Shown: positions 28,749 to 38,664, counted from the stretch's first letter. The stretch: 64,000 nt of DNA from an uncultured Candidatus Saccharibacteria bacterium (GCA_964566135.1 CAZMHM010000002.1:66309-130308); one strand, 5' to 3'. Numbers and translations are program-made. Notes: generated by a model from the sequence alone, not told the origin.

Positions 28749-30518
28749 TTATGCTGCGATTTCAAATGCTTTCAGGCGTTTCTTGGCAGATTCGTCTGTC
28801 TCTTTATTAATTGCCAGCAATTGCGCATAAATGCCATTTGTCTTAGCGAGCTCGGCAGGCGAACCCACCTCATCAATTTTGCCATTACGAATTGTAATGA
28901 TTTTATCAACGTGGGCAATTGTCGTTAGACGGTGAGCAATAATGATTGTTGTACGACCTTTCATGAGCCTATCAAGCGCTTCTTGTACCTCAGACTCACT
29001 ACGGCTATCAAGGCTACTCGTGGCCTCGTCTAATATGAGGATTGGAGCATCTTTAAGCAACGCCCTTGCAATCGCAATACGCTGCTTTTGGCCACCACTT
29101 AACTTTAACCCGCGCTCACCAATTTCGGTCTTATACCCCTTTTCGAACTTAGTAATAAAACCATGCGCGTTGGCTGCTTTTGCTGCAGCTTCCACCTGTT
29201 TTTCATCTGCCTTCGGGTTGGCGTAGGCAATATTCTCGTAGATTGTACCGCTAAATAAGGCGGGATCCTGGAACACAACACCAATATTTTCGCGTAAACT
29301 TTCTTGTGTAACCATATTGATATTTTGACCATCAATTAACACTTCGCCGCTTTGTGGCTCATATAAGCGAATAAGCAGGCTTGTGAGTGTAGTTTTCCCC
29401 TCACCACTTTCGCCAACAAGTGCGACTTTCGTATCTGGCTCAATGTCAAAGCTGATATCTTTCAGTACCTGCTTTTTATCATAGCCAAAGTTTACGCGCT
29501 TGAACGCAATGTTGCCGTTTGTAACTTGCAAGATTTTTGCGTCGCTCAAGTCAGTAATTTCTGGTTTAAACTCCATTACTTCAAAATAATCTTTGCTGTC
29601 AGCGATTGCCTTTTGTGTGTTATCCACCAAGAAGCTAATCGTAAAAATTGGAATTCGAATTTGCATTGCATATAAAATCAACGCTACCGCCTGCCCTGGG
29701 CTGTATACGCCCTTAGCTCCCTGTACAAAGATAAATAGATATACTAAAAAGAATATGACATTTAATATCAACCGTCGCTGCACATCTTTTGTGTGCCAGT
29801 ATTTTGATTGCGGCGCATTAATAGATACTGCCTTTGAGAGATGCTTATTAAAAATGTTTAGTTCGCGTCGCTCCTGAATAAAGCTTTTAACAACCCGTAT
29901 TTGCCCAATTGATTCAGCAAACCTGCCGCTGGCGATGTCGACATTGAGGTTTTTTTCTTGCTGGTATTTTTGCCAGGTATTGCTAGTTTTAAGTGTTAAA
30001 AATATATAAATCGGATAAAGCGCACCGAGCAAAAGCGCAACCTGCCAACTGTAGTAAGCAACAATCGCTAATGCGAAAATGGTACTAAAAATAAACTGCA
30101 AAAAATTGTTGCTAAGCATCTGCATGAAGTTAGTAATCTGATTGATGGAACGATTTAAGCGGTTGATAATTTTTCCGCTCAGCTCTGTATCAAAATACTG
30201 CTGAGGCAGACTTAGCAAATGCTCGTAGTAGTTATTACTTAACAATCGGTTAAGTTTTATCGCCAGTTGATCGCCCCAGTAGCCAGCAATATTATTGCCA
30301 ACGGTAGATATGACTTCAATAACAAGTATTCCTAACGCCAAAAACGCCATATATCTTATATCAGCGCTGGTTCCCTTTTGCATTTCATCAATTGCCCAGC
30401 CAGACAATAACGGCATGAGTAGCGTGATTAAGCTCAAGAATATAGTAAATACGCTAATGGCCACATAGTAGCGCCATAGCGATTTGCTATAGGTAATAAT
30501 CTTCCAAATCGATTGCAT
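28749..30518 (-). CDS. ABC exporter, fused permease/ATPase (MsbA-like)
   Basis: 6 TM N-domain; Walker A GESGEGKTT, LSGGQKQRIAIARAL signature, Walker B ILILDEATS. Confidence 0.9.
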   Translation of the reverse strand: MQSIWKIITYSKSLWRYYVAISVFTIFLSLITLLMPLLSGWAIDEMQKGTSADIRYMAFLALGILVIEVISTVGNNIAGYWGDQLAIKLNRLLSNNYYEHLLSLPQQYFDTELSGKIINRLNRSINQITNFMQMLSNNFLQFIFSTIFALAIVAYYSWQVALLLGALYPIYIFLTLKTSNTWQKYQQEKNLNVDIASGRFAESIGQIRVVKSFIQERRELNIFNKHLSKAVSINAPQSKYWHTKDVQRRLILNVIFFLVYLFIFVQGAKGVYSPGQAVALILYAMQIRIPIFTISFLVDNTQKAIADSKDYFEVMEFKPEITDLSDAKILQVTNGNIAFKRVNFGYDKKQVLKDISFDIEPDTKVALVGESGEGKTTLTSLLIRLYEPQSGEVLIDGQNINMVTQESLRENIGVVFQDPALFSGTIYENIAYANPKADEKQVEAAAKAANAHGFITKFEKGYKTEIGERGLKLSGGQKQRIAIARALLKDAPILILDEATSSLDSRSESEVQEALDRLMKGRTTIIIAHRLTTIAHVDKIITIRNGKIDEVGSPAELAKTNGIYAQLLAINKETDESAKKRLKAFEIAA

Positions 30519-30697
30519 CGTCGCCTATTAGCATAAGGGACGAGCGATTATTACTCAAATACAATTATCGTTTCCGCAGGCCACAAGCTTTGTGGACTAT
30601 GGGAACGGGCAGGTGTTATCAACCTGAGATGGGCGGTATTTCCGCCCAAATGCCTCCGCAAGGTAGGCTGCCAAGTTCCTGAAGAGACGTAGCAGGG

Positions 30698-30817
30698 CTA
30701 CTTCTTCTCCATCGCCTTACGAGCAAGCCCGACCGGACAGCTGCAGTAGTGTTCACCACCGAAGCCAGCCAGAAGGACATACTTGCCCGTGTCATTGCAC
30801 TTTCCGCACTTACCCAT
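30698..30817 (-). CDS. candidate 39-aa CxxC...CxC zinc-ribbon-like small protein (not in ORF track)
   Basis: Perfect SD AAGGAGGTG 6 nt upstream of ATG; MGKCGKCNDTGKYVLLAGFGGEHYCSCPVGLARKAMEKK. Confidence 0.35.
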   Translation of the reverse strand: MGKCGKCNDTGKYVLLAGFGGEHYCSCPVGLARKAMEKK

Positions 30818-31054
30818 GCTTTTCACCTCCTTCGAGGTGTAGTAGGAATCTTGCGAAAGAACGTGCAGGTACCCGGAGGAATCTCACCTCCGGGCAGGTC
30901 GCGAGCCGTTTACCACGGCTACAAGCGAACCTGGCGCAATTCGTGCTGTCTCGTCTGGGCGGGGGCTTTGACGAAACACTTGCGCTACCTTTTCGGCAAG
31001 CGATATCAGCAACCAGCATCTTCCCCGATGCTGACTGCAACTTGCCGAGACTTT

Positions 31055-31133
31055 TGGTCGGAGTGATTGGATTTGAACCAATGACCTCTTTGTTACGAGA
31101 ACAAAGCGCGCTACCGAGCTGCGCTACACCCCG
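31055..31133 (-). tRNA. tRNA gene with encoded CCA; anticodon uncertain (TCG/Arg-like if read centrally); anticodon arm non-canonical on manual fold
   Basis: Acceptor CGGGGTG/CACTCCG, U8, D-arm GCGC-AGCTCGGTA-GCGC, T-arm ATTGG-TTCAAAT-CCAAT, A73-CCA; anticodon region CTTTG-TTCTCGTAA-CAAAG (9-nt loop or 6-bp stem). Confidence 0.6.
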
Positions 31134-31244
31134 CTTGGGCTACAAACCCAAGTTGGCGGTGGCCGGTCGCCACCTACTACAACCATCCTTTTGTTCCGCT
31201 CGGGTAAATCCACCGCACGAAACTAGGGAACAACCGGCCACCAG

Positions 31245-31318
31245 TGGCCCCGACAGGATTTGAACCTGCGACCTCTTGGCTCTTCGCCAAGCGCGCTACC
31301 AAGCTGCGCTACGGGGAC
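31245..31318 (-). tRNA. tRNA-like gene (no encoded CCA); anticodon loop CGAAGAG lacks U33 - identity undetermined/possible pseudo-tRNA
   Basis: Acceptor GTCCCCG/CGGGGCC (one T-C mismatch), D-arm identical to neighbour, T-arm GCAGG-TTCAAAT-CCTGT. Confidence 0.5.
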
Positions 31319-31500
31319 GGAGAGTCTACAAACTGCATAGACATTCCTTGCAGACTACAAAATTTATAGCCTAAAAAGAATGCCTAGCGGTAAACCGCTC
31401 CGAAAATATTGATAACACCTGCTTGTAAAAGAACCATCTTTAACACATGTCAAAAACAGCTATACATTTATACCACTTTTACACATTTAATACAAGCGTT

Positions 31501-34011
31501 TTATATGCGTTCGGCGCCAAGTTTTTGATTAGCTACATCAGCAATGGCATCTAGGAGCGCATTAACATCTTCGGCAATAAGCGTACCTGTAAAACTTGCG
31601 ATTTCTAACCGAAAAGTCACGTGTTTTTTTGATACATCTGCATCTTTGTCAGTATAAATATCTAGCGGCGAAAGGGTTGCACGAGAATCTTTTGGTTGTA
31701 AACCTGCAAGTGCCTCGTTAAGCGTCATATTGAGCTCGCTAAACGATATACCCGTATCGACTTTTAAGGAAATATCTTGTGATACTTTTGGAAATTTAGA
31801 TATAGCCGTATACGTGCTCTTTGACGATACTGCGCCGAGCAACGCTGCTGTGTTCAACTCGAAACCAGCACTGTGCTTGGGCAATTTAAGTGTGGTAATC
31901 GCTTTTTGGGTAAACTCGCCAATAACGCCCAGTTTCGTCCCGTCAGGGGCGATAACTACCGCCGAGCGTTTTGCTTCATATGGCGATTCAACGGCATCGG
32001 TAACAGGTGCATAGAGAATTTCGACGTTAAGACTTTTAGCCAGATAGTCGAGGGCATACTTTGCTTTATAAAATGCAGCGCCTGCGTCTTTTTGCACAGC
32101 TTTAGCGCTGGCTGCATATACATATGCAAGCGCTTCGGTTTCTACCGGTACGCCGTCTTGCAAACCATTGCGTAGTGAATGAGCTTTACCAAGTTCAAAC
32201 AATGCAAACTCATCAAACCCAGCTTTTTGATTTGGATGAACTTTTTCAAGCAAACTCGGAGTTATGCTGAGGCGATAAAACTGCAGGCTTGGGCTAAGCG
32301 CATTGCTTAGACTGTATGCATCTTGCGAGTCCTGCCCTACTCTATCGAGCAAATCCTTATGTACAAAGCTATACGTTAAGACTTCGTTTGCGCCACTATT
32401 CTTTAGTGTGTGCCGCACTGTTTTTTTGAGTTCAAGCATTGCGTCTTTGGGAGTGGGTTCTGTTGGGCGTTGTGGCAACGTAAGCGGCAATCGGTCAAAG
32501 CCATAAAGCCGACCAATTTCCTCGACAATATCTTCTGCAATACTGATATCAGTACGCCAAAAGGGTGCAGTCACCTGTAGTTCATCACCATCAACCGAAA
32601 CCGCAAACTCAACATTATTAAGTAACGCGTGCATCTCGCCAATCGGTAAATTAAGGCCAAGACGTGCATTAATAAAGTCAGGCTTGATACGTAACGTTGG
32701 ATTCTGCAGTAGCGCAGCCTTACTATCGATGACTTCACTGGCCTGTTCTGCTTCAGCGAGTTGTGCTAACTGCTCCATGGCATAGGCGAGTACTCTATCG
32801 TTTTGTAGTGGCGATTGCCCTTTATTGAATCGGGTCACAGCATCTGTAAATAAGCCATGCGCCATTGCGGTTCGCCGAATACTGTACATGTCAAAACTGG
32901 CAACTTCTAAAATTACATTGGTAGTTGATTCATCAACTTCGGTATCAGCGCCACCCATAACACCTCCGACACCAATGAGATCATTGCTGCTGGCAATCAT
33001 GATAGCTTCGGCGCGAGGCGTAATTTGCTTACCACTCAAAAGCGTTATCTGCTCGTTATCCCGTGGGTGACGAACAATAATTTCTGCACCATCACCGCTG
33101 CTACGCTTTGCAACTTTATCGTAGTCATAGGCATGTAGTGGCTGAGCAGTCACATACATAACAAAATTAGTCACATCAACAACGTTATTAATCGGGCGAA
33201 TACCAATGCGTGTTAGCGCTGATTGCAACCAATTCGGGCTCGGTTTAATATGCACATTTTTTAGCGCTACCGCCATAAATCGGGGCACAAGTTCTGGAAT
33301 TTCTACAGATATTCGCAAATCTAAATCTGAAGCTTGGGCAAATTCTGGTGTTTCTAAATACCAGCTCGGGCTTATGTAGGCCTGCTGAGTAATGCCGGCA
33401 ATCTCACGTGCAACCCCCAAGACGCCGAAGCAATCCGGACGATGCGTAAACATCTTGTTTTCAACATCAATAACAACGTCATCGAGGCTATAAATACTTA
33501 CGAACGGTTCACCAACTGAAAGCTCTCTACCAGTTTCAGACTCATTAATCTCAAGTAATCCATCGTGATTATCACTTAAGCCAAGTTCGGCAGCACTCGC
33601 TAACATGCCATTACTAATAACGCCACGGAGCTCACGCTTGCCAAGTACAAACGGTTCTGAGGTATTAACGGTTGTAGGTACTGTTGCACCGGGCGGAATC
33701 CAAGCAACAAGTAAGCCTTCTCGAACATTCGGGGCACCACATACTACTTGTACATATCCGTTTTCGTCTCGCTCAACATCCTGCACAACACCGCCATCAT
33801 CGACCTTACATATGTGTAGCGTATCGGCGTTCGGGTGATCAACGCAGCTTGCAACGCGAGCAATAACAATCCCTTCGTACTTTGGCGCCCAATCAACTAC
33901 TTCGTCAACGGCACCAAGTTGTGAGCCAATTTTTTCTACTAATGCTTCTTTACCTATTGCCTTAAGGTCAACATTACTAAAATATTGAGCAGTATTTATG
34001 CTAATTTTCAT
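31501..34011 (-). CDS. pheT: phenylalanine--tRNA ligase beta subunit
   Basis: 836 aa; tRNA-binding N-domain, B3/4, B5, FDX-ACB domains. Confidence 0.95.
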   Translation of the reverse strand: MKISINTAQYFSNVDLKAIGKEALVEKIGSQLGAVDEVVDWAPKYEGIVIARVASCVDHPNADTLHICKVDDGGVVQDVERDENGYVQVVCGAPNVREGLLVAWIPPGATVPTTVNTSEPFVLGKRELRGVISNGMLASAAELGLSDNHDGLLEINESETGRELSVGEPFVSIYSLDDVVIDVENKMFTHRPDCFGVLGVAREIAGITQQAYISPSWYLETPEFAQASDLDLRISVEIPELVPRFMAVALKNVHIKPSPNWLQSALTRIGIRPINNVVDVTNFVMYVTAQPLHAYDYDKVAKRSSGDGAEIIVRHPRDNEQITLLSGKQITPRAEAIMIASSNDLIGVGGVMGGADTEVDESTTNVILEVASFDMYSIRRTAMAHGLFTDAVTRFNKGQSPLQNDRVLAYAMEQLAQLAEAEQASEVIDSKAALLQNPTLRIKPDFINARLGLNLPIGEMHALLNNVEFAVSVDGDELQVTAPFWRTDISIAEDIVEEIGRLYGFDRLPLTLPQRPTEPTPKDAMLELKKTVRHTLKNSGANEVLTYSFVHKDLLDRVGQDSQDAYSLSNALSPSLQFYRLSITPSLLEKVHPNQKAGFDEFALFELGKAHSLRNGLQDGVPVETEALAYVYAASAKAVQKDAGAAFYKAKYALDYLAKSLNVEILYAPVTDAVESPYEAKRSAVVIAPDGTKLGVIGEFTQKAITTLKLPKHSAGFELNTAALLGAVSSKSTYTAISKFPKVSQDISLKVDTGISFSELNMTLNEALAGLQPKDSRATLSPLDIYTDKDADVSKKHVTFRLEIASFTGTLIAEDVNALLDAIADVANQKLGAERI

Positions 34012-35063
34012 TTAAATTGCCTCAAAAATTCTAATTTACCTGACTCGAGATGGCGTATATCTTCGATATCGTTTTTCATCATGACCAAACGATCAATGCC
34101 ACTACCCCAAGCAAAACCGGTATAAACAGTTGGGTCAATACCTGCTTCTTGCAGGACATTTGGGTGAATCATGCCGCATCCAAGGAGCTCAATCCAACCG
34201 CTCTGGCTACAAATGCTACAGCCTGCTTTTTTACAAAATGGACAGCTAAGCGCAAATTCAAAACTTGGTTCGGTAAACGGGAAGTAGTAGGGTTGTGTTT
34301 TTACTTCTAAATCTTGTTGGTAATATTCTTGCAAAAAAGTCTTAAGCGTTGCAATCAGGTTCCCGGCATGAACATCCTTACCAACGTACACGCCTTCAAG
34401 CTGATAAAACGTATGTTCATGGCGAGCATCTAGATCTTCATTTCTAAATACTCGGCCTGGTATAACAACCGCAATCGGCTTTCCCTCTTCTAGACTGGCT
34501 TTATATTTTTGCAAAACACGATTCTGCATAGTGCTGGTATGTGCTGGTGCGATAAACTGCTTGCCATTAGCATCAGTTTGCGTTGTCATAAACGTATCGT
34601 AATCATCTCGCGCCGGATGCCCTTCGGGGAAATTCAAGGTTGCAAACATATGATAATCGTCATCAATCTCTCTCGATTCGACTGCCGTAAAACCCATGCG
34701 GTAAAAGATATCAATAATCGTTTCAAGCTCTGCCATGAGCGGGTGAATTGTACCTTCTTGCACAGGTAATAGCATGTTCCTTGATTCAGGTTTTGAATTT
34801 GTATCAAAAGGAGCAGTTACATCAATAGGAGCTCTGTCATCGCTGGCTATCGTTGCCTGCTCAACCCATGACTCTAGCTCTGATTTAAGAGCGTTTATTT
34901 CGGCGCCAAACAATTTACGTTGCTCAGGCGGGGCGGTTTTAATAGCTGCAAATAAATCTTTAATAACGGGCGAACGTAATATTACCCGCTTGTCGGCTAG
35001 GGTTTCGAACTCTTTTTTAAGTGCTTCGGCCGCATCAGCGACTTGTGGAATTGAATAAGACAT
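34008..35063 (-). CDS. pheS: phenylalanine--tRNA ligase alpha subunit
   Basis: class II aaRS motifs (FRNEDLDARHEHTFYQLEG, GFAWGSGIDRL). Confidence 0.95.
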   Translation of the reverse strand: MSYSIPQVADAAEALKKEFETLADKRVILRSPVIKDLFAAIKTAPPEQRKLFGAEINALKSELESWVEQATIASDDRAPIDVTAPFDTNSKPESRNMLLPVQEGTIHPLMAELETIIDIFYRMGFTAVESREIDDDYHMFATLNFPEGHPARDDYDTFMTTQTDANGKQFIAPAHTSTMQNRVLQKYKASLEEGKPIAVVIPGRVFRNEDLDARHEHTFYQLEGVYVGKDVHAGNLIATLKTFLQEYYQQDLEVKTQPYYFPFTEPSFEFALSCPFCKKAGCSICSQSGWIELLGCGMIHPNVLQEAGIDPTVYTGFAWGSGIDRLVMMKNDIEDIRHLESGKLEFLRQFK

Positions 35064-35246
35064 ACTTAAGTAAATATTATACGGCTATTTTACCCCTGAC
35101 GCTACCTCTTGACGTATTACTTACATAGTTGTATTGTTTTTTTATCTTTTGGCACCAGCCAAGGGAGCGACCCAAGGGGGGTGGTACCTATCATACGGAA
35201 GCTTGTGCGCTCGTTCTTGCACTACTCCGAAAGGAACGAGCCCGAA

Positions 35247-35579
35247 GTGTCTGTTCTCGGCAAGCTCGAAATCACCGTGCCGAAGCTGGACATGTACGTT
35301 GCCGTACGGCAGCACGGCGGCGAATGCTGTAGCGATAATTGCGAGTCCGCGCTGGGCCACCTCACAGGGGAACCCCAATACGATTCGCAACACGAAAGCA
35401 TCTTCGTCGTCGTCACACCGCTTAGCGAACAGCAGGTTGCTAAGCGCGTCGTTCTCGCAAAACGCTCCAAGTGGGGCATCTGGCGCGCGACTGGCAAGCA
35501 AATCGGCACTACCAAGAAGAAGATCCCCGTGCAACGCGAGGCAGTCGAGGTCGAAAGCCAAGAGCTTTCGACCAACTGA
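35247..35579 (+). CDS. candidate small protein (about 110 aa) in second high-GC island; GTG start
   Basis: GC3 ~72% vs GC1 ~64%; AAAGGAA SD ~10 nt upstream of GTG; strand assignment uncertain because antisense frame is also open. Confidence 0.35.
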   Translation: MSVLGKLEITVPKLDMYVAVRQHGGECCSDNCESALGHLTGEPQYDSQHESIFVVVTPLSEQQVAKRVVLAKRSKWGIWRATGKQIGTTKKKIPVQREAVEVESQELSTN

Positions 35580-35697
35580 TGAGGACAAGGGGGAGCGGCG
35601 TACAAGAGAGTACGCTGCCCCAAAAGCAGTGGTTTCAAATGAAACCGCTCCCCCAAGCCCACCACCCCCTATACACAACGCATGATAGACTATTGGT

Positions 35698-36195
35698 ATG
35701 GCAGTATTTTCATTCGACATAGTTTCAGATTACGACAAAAGTGAACTCAACAACGTTGTTGACCAGGCGCAACGCGAAATAGCGAATCGTTATGATCTAA
35801 AAGGCACAAAAGCCGCACTAGACTGGCTCGACGGCGACAAGAATGCGCTTAAAATTACCGGTGATAATGATTTTCATATCGACGCTATCCTAGATATTGT
35901 CAGAAAAAAGCTAGCAACTCGTGGCCAAAGCCAAAAAACGCTCGATACGTCAAAAGAGGCTACTACCACGAATCTTCAAACTGTCAAAATCGTACCACTC
36001 AAAAAGGGGCTTGACCAAGAAAAAGCAAAAAAAATAACTTCGCTGATTAGAGAACAATTGCCAAAAGTTAAGACACAAATCCAAGGTGACGAAGTACGCG
36101 TGATGAGCCCCAAGAAAGACGACTTACAGGCTGTCATGACCTTACTCAAAAGCCAAGATTTTGACTTCCCTCTCGACTTTACGAATTACCGATAA
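35698..36195 (+). CDS. yajQ: YajQ-family (DUF520) nucleotide-binding protein
   Basis: MAVFSFDIVSDYDKSELNNVVDQAQREIANRYDLKG matches YajQ N-terminus. Confidence 0.85.
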   Translation: MAVFSFDIVSDYDKSELNNVVDQAQREIANRYDLKGTKAALDWLDGDKNALKITGDNDFHIDAILDIVRKKLATRGQSQKTLDTSKEATTTNLQTVKIVPLKKGLDQEKAKKITSLIREQLPKVKTQIQGDEVRVMSPKKDDLQAVMTLLKSQDFDFPLDFTNYR

Positions 36196-36228
36196 ATAAT
36201 TATCAAAGTTCCGTATACTTATAAGCAT

Positions 36229-37539
36229 ATGGATATTCTTTCTGAGCAGTGCGAATCAGTTCTTCGTGCTAATGACCGCGGCACATACACCGTTCCATCG
36301 CCAAGCTTGTACCCTCACCAATGGTTGTGGGATAGCTCATTTTCTGCAATTGGTTGGGCGCATCTTGATACCGCTCGGGCCGAACAAGAAATTCTGAGTC
36401 TACTGCACGCCCAGTGGAGTAATGGCATGATTCCGCATATGATTTTTAATATGTCGCCAAAATATGCACAAGACCGTGGTGCATGGCGAAGCTGGGTTGC
36501 AGCCCAGTCACCGAGCGACGTTGCAACAAGCGGCATAACACAACCTCCTGTTATCGCCGAGGCTGTTGTACGTATTGGTGCACAGCTCAACAAACCTGCT
36601 CGCCAGCAGTTTTATAAAAAAGTGCTGCCCAAACTTATTAAATATCATGAATGGTTATATACCGAACGTGACCCCCATAAAGAGGGTCTGGTGCTACAGG
36701 TTCATCCGTATGAAACGGGGTTTGATAATACACCTCCATGGATGAATCAGCTGCGTGAGCACAGCCGACCATGGTGGATAGCGGCAATCGAAAAACTACA
36801 TCTTGATGCAATCATTAACGTAGCGCGTCGTGACACACGTTCACTTCCCGCCGAGCAACGTATGAAAAATATTGACGCGCTGGTTATATGGGATGTCATT
36901 CGCCGCTTACGTCGTAAACACTATGATATTGATAAAATTCTGCACCGTTCATTGTTTGTCATCGAAGATGTTGCATTTAATAGTATATTCATACGCAATA
37001 ACACCCTCCTGCGTGAGATTGCCGACGAAGCACGTATTAAACTTCCAGAGGAACTCATCGCAAATATGCAGCGTAGCGAGCAAGCACTTGAAGATTTATG
37101 GGATGAGCAGTTCAATATGTATTTTAGTCGTGATTTTATTTCTAATCATTTATTACGCGAGCCCACCATTGCAGGCCTCATGCCGCTATATGCTGGCACC
37201 ATACGTAAAGAACGTGCCGACAAATTAGTAAAAATTCTATTAAACGACCACGTGTACTGGCTCAATCATCCAATCCCTTCGGTGCCACGAAATGTGCGAG
37301 GTTTCGATCAAAACCGTTATTGGCAGGGGCCAACCTGGATTAATACCAACTGGATGATTATCGACGGACTCAAGCGTATGGGCTACAGTAACGAGGCCAA
37401 TGCGCTCAAGAGCCATACCATCGAACTAATGCGCGAACACGGGATATGGGAATATTACAATCCAATGACAGGCCAGGGCCTGGGAAGTGCCGACTTTAGC
37501 TGGAGCGCCGCGCTGGCGTTAGATTTACTTAACGCATAA
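36229..37539 (+). CDS. six-hairpin glycoside hydrolase (GH63-like; mannosyl-/glucosylglycerate hydrolase family)
   Basis: HQWLWDSSFSAIGW and EYYNPMTGQGLGS motifs typical of GH63/MGH enzymes. Confidence 0.65.
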   Translation: MDILSEQCESVLRANDRGTYTVPSPSLYPHQWLWDSSFSAIGWAHLDTARAEQEILSLLHAQWSNGMIPHMIFNMSPKYAQDRGAWRSWVAAQSPSDVATSGITQPPVIAEAVVRIGAQLNKPARQQFYKKVLPKLIKYHEWLYTERDPHKEGLVLQVHPYETGFDNTPPWMNQLREHSRPWWIAAIEKLHLDAIINVARRDTRSLPAEQRMKNIDALVIWDVIRRLRRKHYDIDKILHRSLFVIEDVAFNSIFIRNNTLLREIADEARIKLPEELIANMQRSEQALEDLWDEQFNMYFSRDFISNHLLREPTIAGLMPLYAGTIRKERADKLVKILLNDHVYWLNHPIPSVPRNVRGFDQNRYWQGPTWINTNWMIIDGLKRMGYSNEANALKSHTIELMREHGIWEYYNPMTGQGLGSADFSWSAALALDLLNA

Positions 37540-37575
37540 GAATCTACCCTGGGGTAATTCGCAATAATTGCTATG

Positions 37576-38664
37576 CTAATTATCAATGTTTGGCTTATCT
37601 AAGAGTAGCGGCTCAACGGCCTCGGTTGTACCGGCAATCTTGACAACATCTTTATCCATTTTCTTTAGTTCTTTATGTGCAGCATTGTAATGGTTAACGG
37701 TCGTGCCTAGGCTGCCACCAAGTTTTTGCATAAACCCCTCGTGAGCAGCGATATGCTTGCCTAAATCGCCTACCCTTTTCTGGATTTCTTTCGCTTGCTC
37801 TTCAATTTGCAAACTCCTCAGACCCTGCATGACAGTCTGCAGATATGCAAGGAGCGTAGTGGGGCTAACAATAATAACTTTTTTATCGATAAACGCATAT
37901 TCGATTAAATCCCGAGAAGACGTACTGGCTGCACCAACATTATTCACTAGCAAGTCGTAGTAAATTGCTTCACTCGGTATAAACATAAATGCATAGTCAA
38001 GCGTACCTTCTGCTGGGCGAATATATTTTGCGGTCTCATCAATGCGATTTTTAAGGTCACTCTTAAACGCTTTAACGTATATCTCACGCTGTGTTTTATC
38101 CTTTTCTTCAATAAAGCGATTATAATTTTCAAGCGTGAACTTGCTATCAATTGGCAATATTCGTTCCTTATCGAGAATAATTACAGCGTCAACAATCTCA
38201 CCATCCTTGAACTTGTACTGGGTCTTGTATCCATTTGGAGGTAAAACGTTTCCGAGTACAGTATCAAGATAATACTCCCCCAAGCCACCTCGCTGCTTTG
38301 GGTTTTGCAAAATATTCTGAAGCATCTTAAGTTCATCGGCGACATCCACCACGCGCTTATTTGTCTCATCGAGTTTAGTTAAACGCTGAGTTACTTCAGT
38401 GATAAGCTTTGAGCTTTCGCTAAACTGCTTCTGAATACTGTTCTGCATGAGCTCATTATTTTTATCAAGACGAGTATTTACCGTCGTATTTAGGCTGTCC
38501 TTAAGTGCTTCTATGCCTTGATTGAGCGAAGTAATATCCTGCTTTATCAAACCTGCAGTTGTATCATTTTTGAGCGCTCCAAGTTTTTGAGACATCACAA
38601 AAAATAATATGCCGAAGCCAAGAATGACCACCACTAATAGCACTATAAGAATTACTGTTATCAT
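37576..38664 (-). CDS. rmuC: DNA recombination protein RmuC
   Basis: N-terminal TM, long coiled-coil, C-terminal RmuC nuclease-like domain. Confidence 0.85.
   Translation of the reverse strand: MITVILIVLLVVVILGFGILFFVMSQKLGALKNDTTAGLIKQDITSLNQGIEALKDSLNTTVNTRLDKNNELMQNSIQKQFSESSKLITEVTQRLTKLDETNKRVVDVADELKMLQNILQNPKQRGGLGEYYLDTVLGNVLPPNGYKTQYKFKDGEIVDAVIILDKERILPIDSKFTLENYNRFIEEKDKTQREIYVKAFKSDLKNRIDETAKYIRPAEGTLDYAFMFIPSEAIYYDLLVNNVGAASTSSRDLIEYAFIDKKVIIVSPTTLLAYLQTVMQGLRSLQIEEQAKEIQKRVGDLGKHIAAHEGFMQKLGGSLGTTVNHYNAAHKELKKMDKDVVKIAGTTEAVEPLLLDKPNIDN

Noticed and set aside
30530-31060. Possible RNase P RNA, SRP RNA or tmRNA in the structured, GC-rich tRNA-flanking region
   Set aside because: The conserved cores (RNase P GGAAAGUCCGG/ACAGAAUCCGGCUUA, SRP GGAAGCAGCC, tmRNA tag-ORF plus TLD) are not found on either strand; the structure is better explained by the small SD-led ORF and hairpins.
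30749-31263. Several 60-106-aa ORFs on both strands
   Set aside because: They overlap the tRNA genes and each other; Arg/Pro/Ala-rich translations are typical of spurious frames in a GC-rich RNA region.
35166-35180. GGGTGGTACC motif identical to the core of the T-box antiterminator bulge, near pheS
   Set aside because: It is on the strand opposite to pheS, there is no Stem I or specifier-loop space upstream, and it is not followed by the conserved GCGG; probably a chance 10-mer.
35134-35720. Long overlapping ORFs (183 aa +, 192 aa -) in the second high-GC island
   Set aside because: The 183-aa frame is Ser/Pro/Ala low-complexity. The 192-aa minus ORF starts inside yajQ with no SD. Both are more likely GC-driven open frames; only the GC3-biased frame is kept, as a low-confidence CDS.
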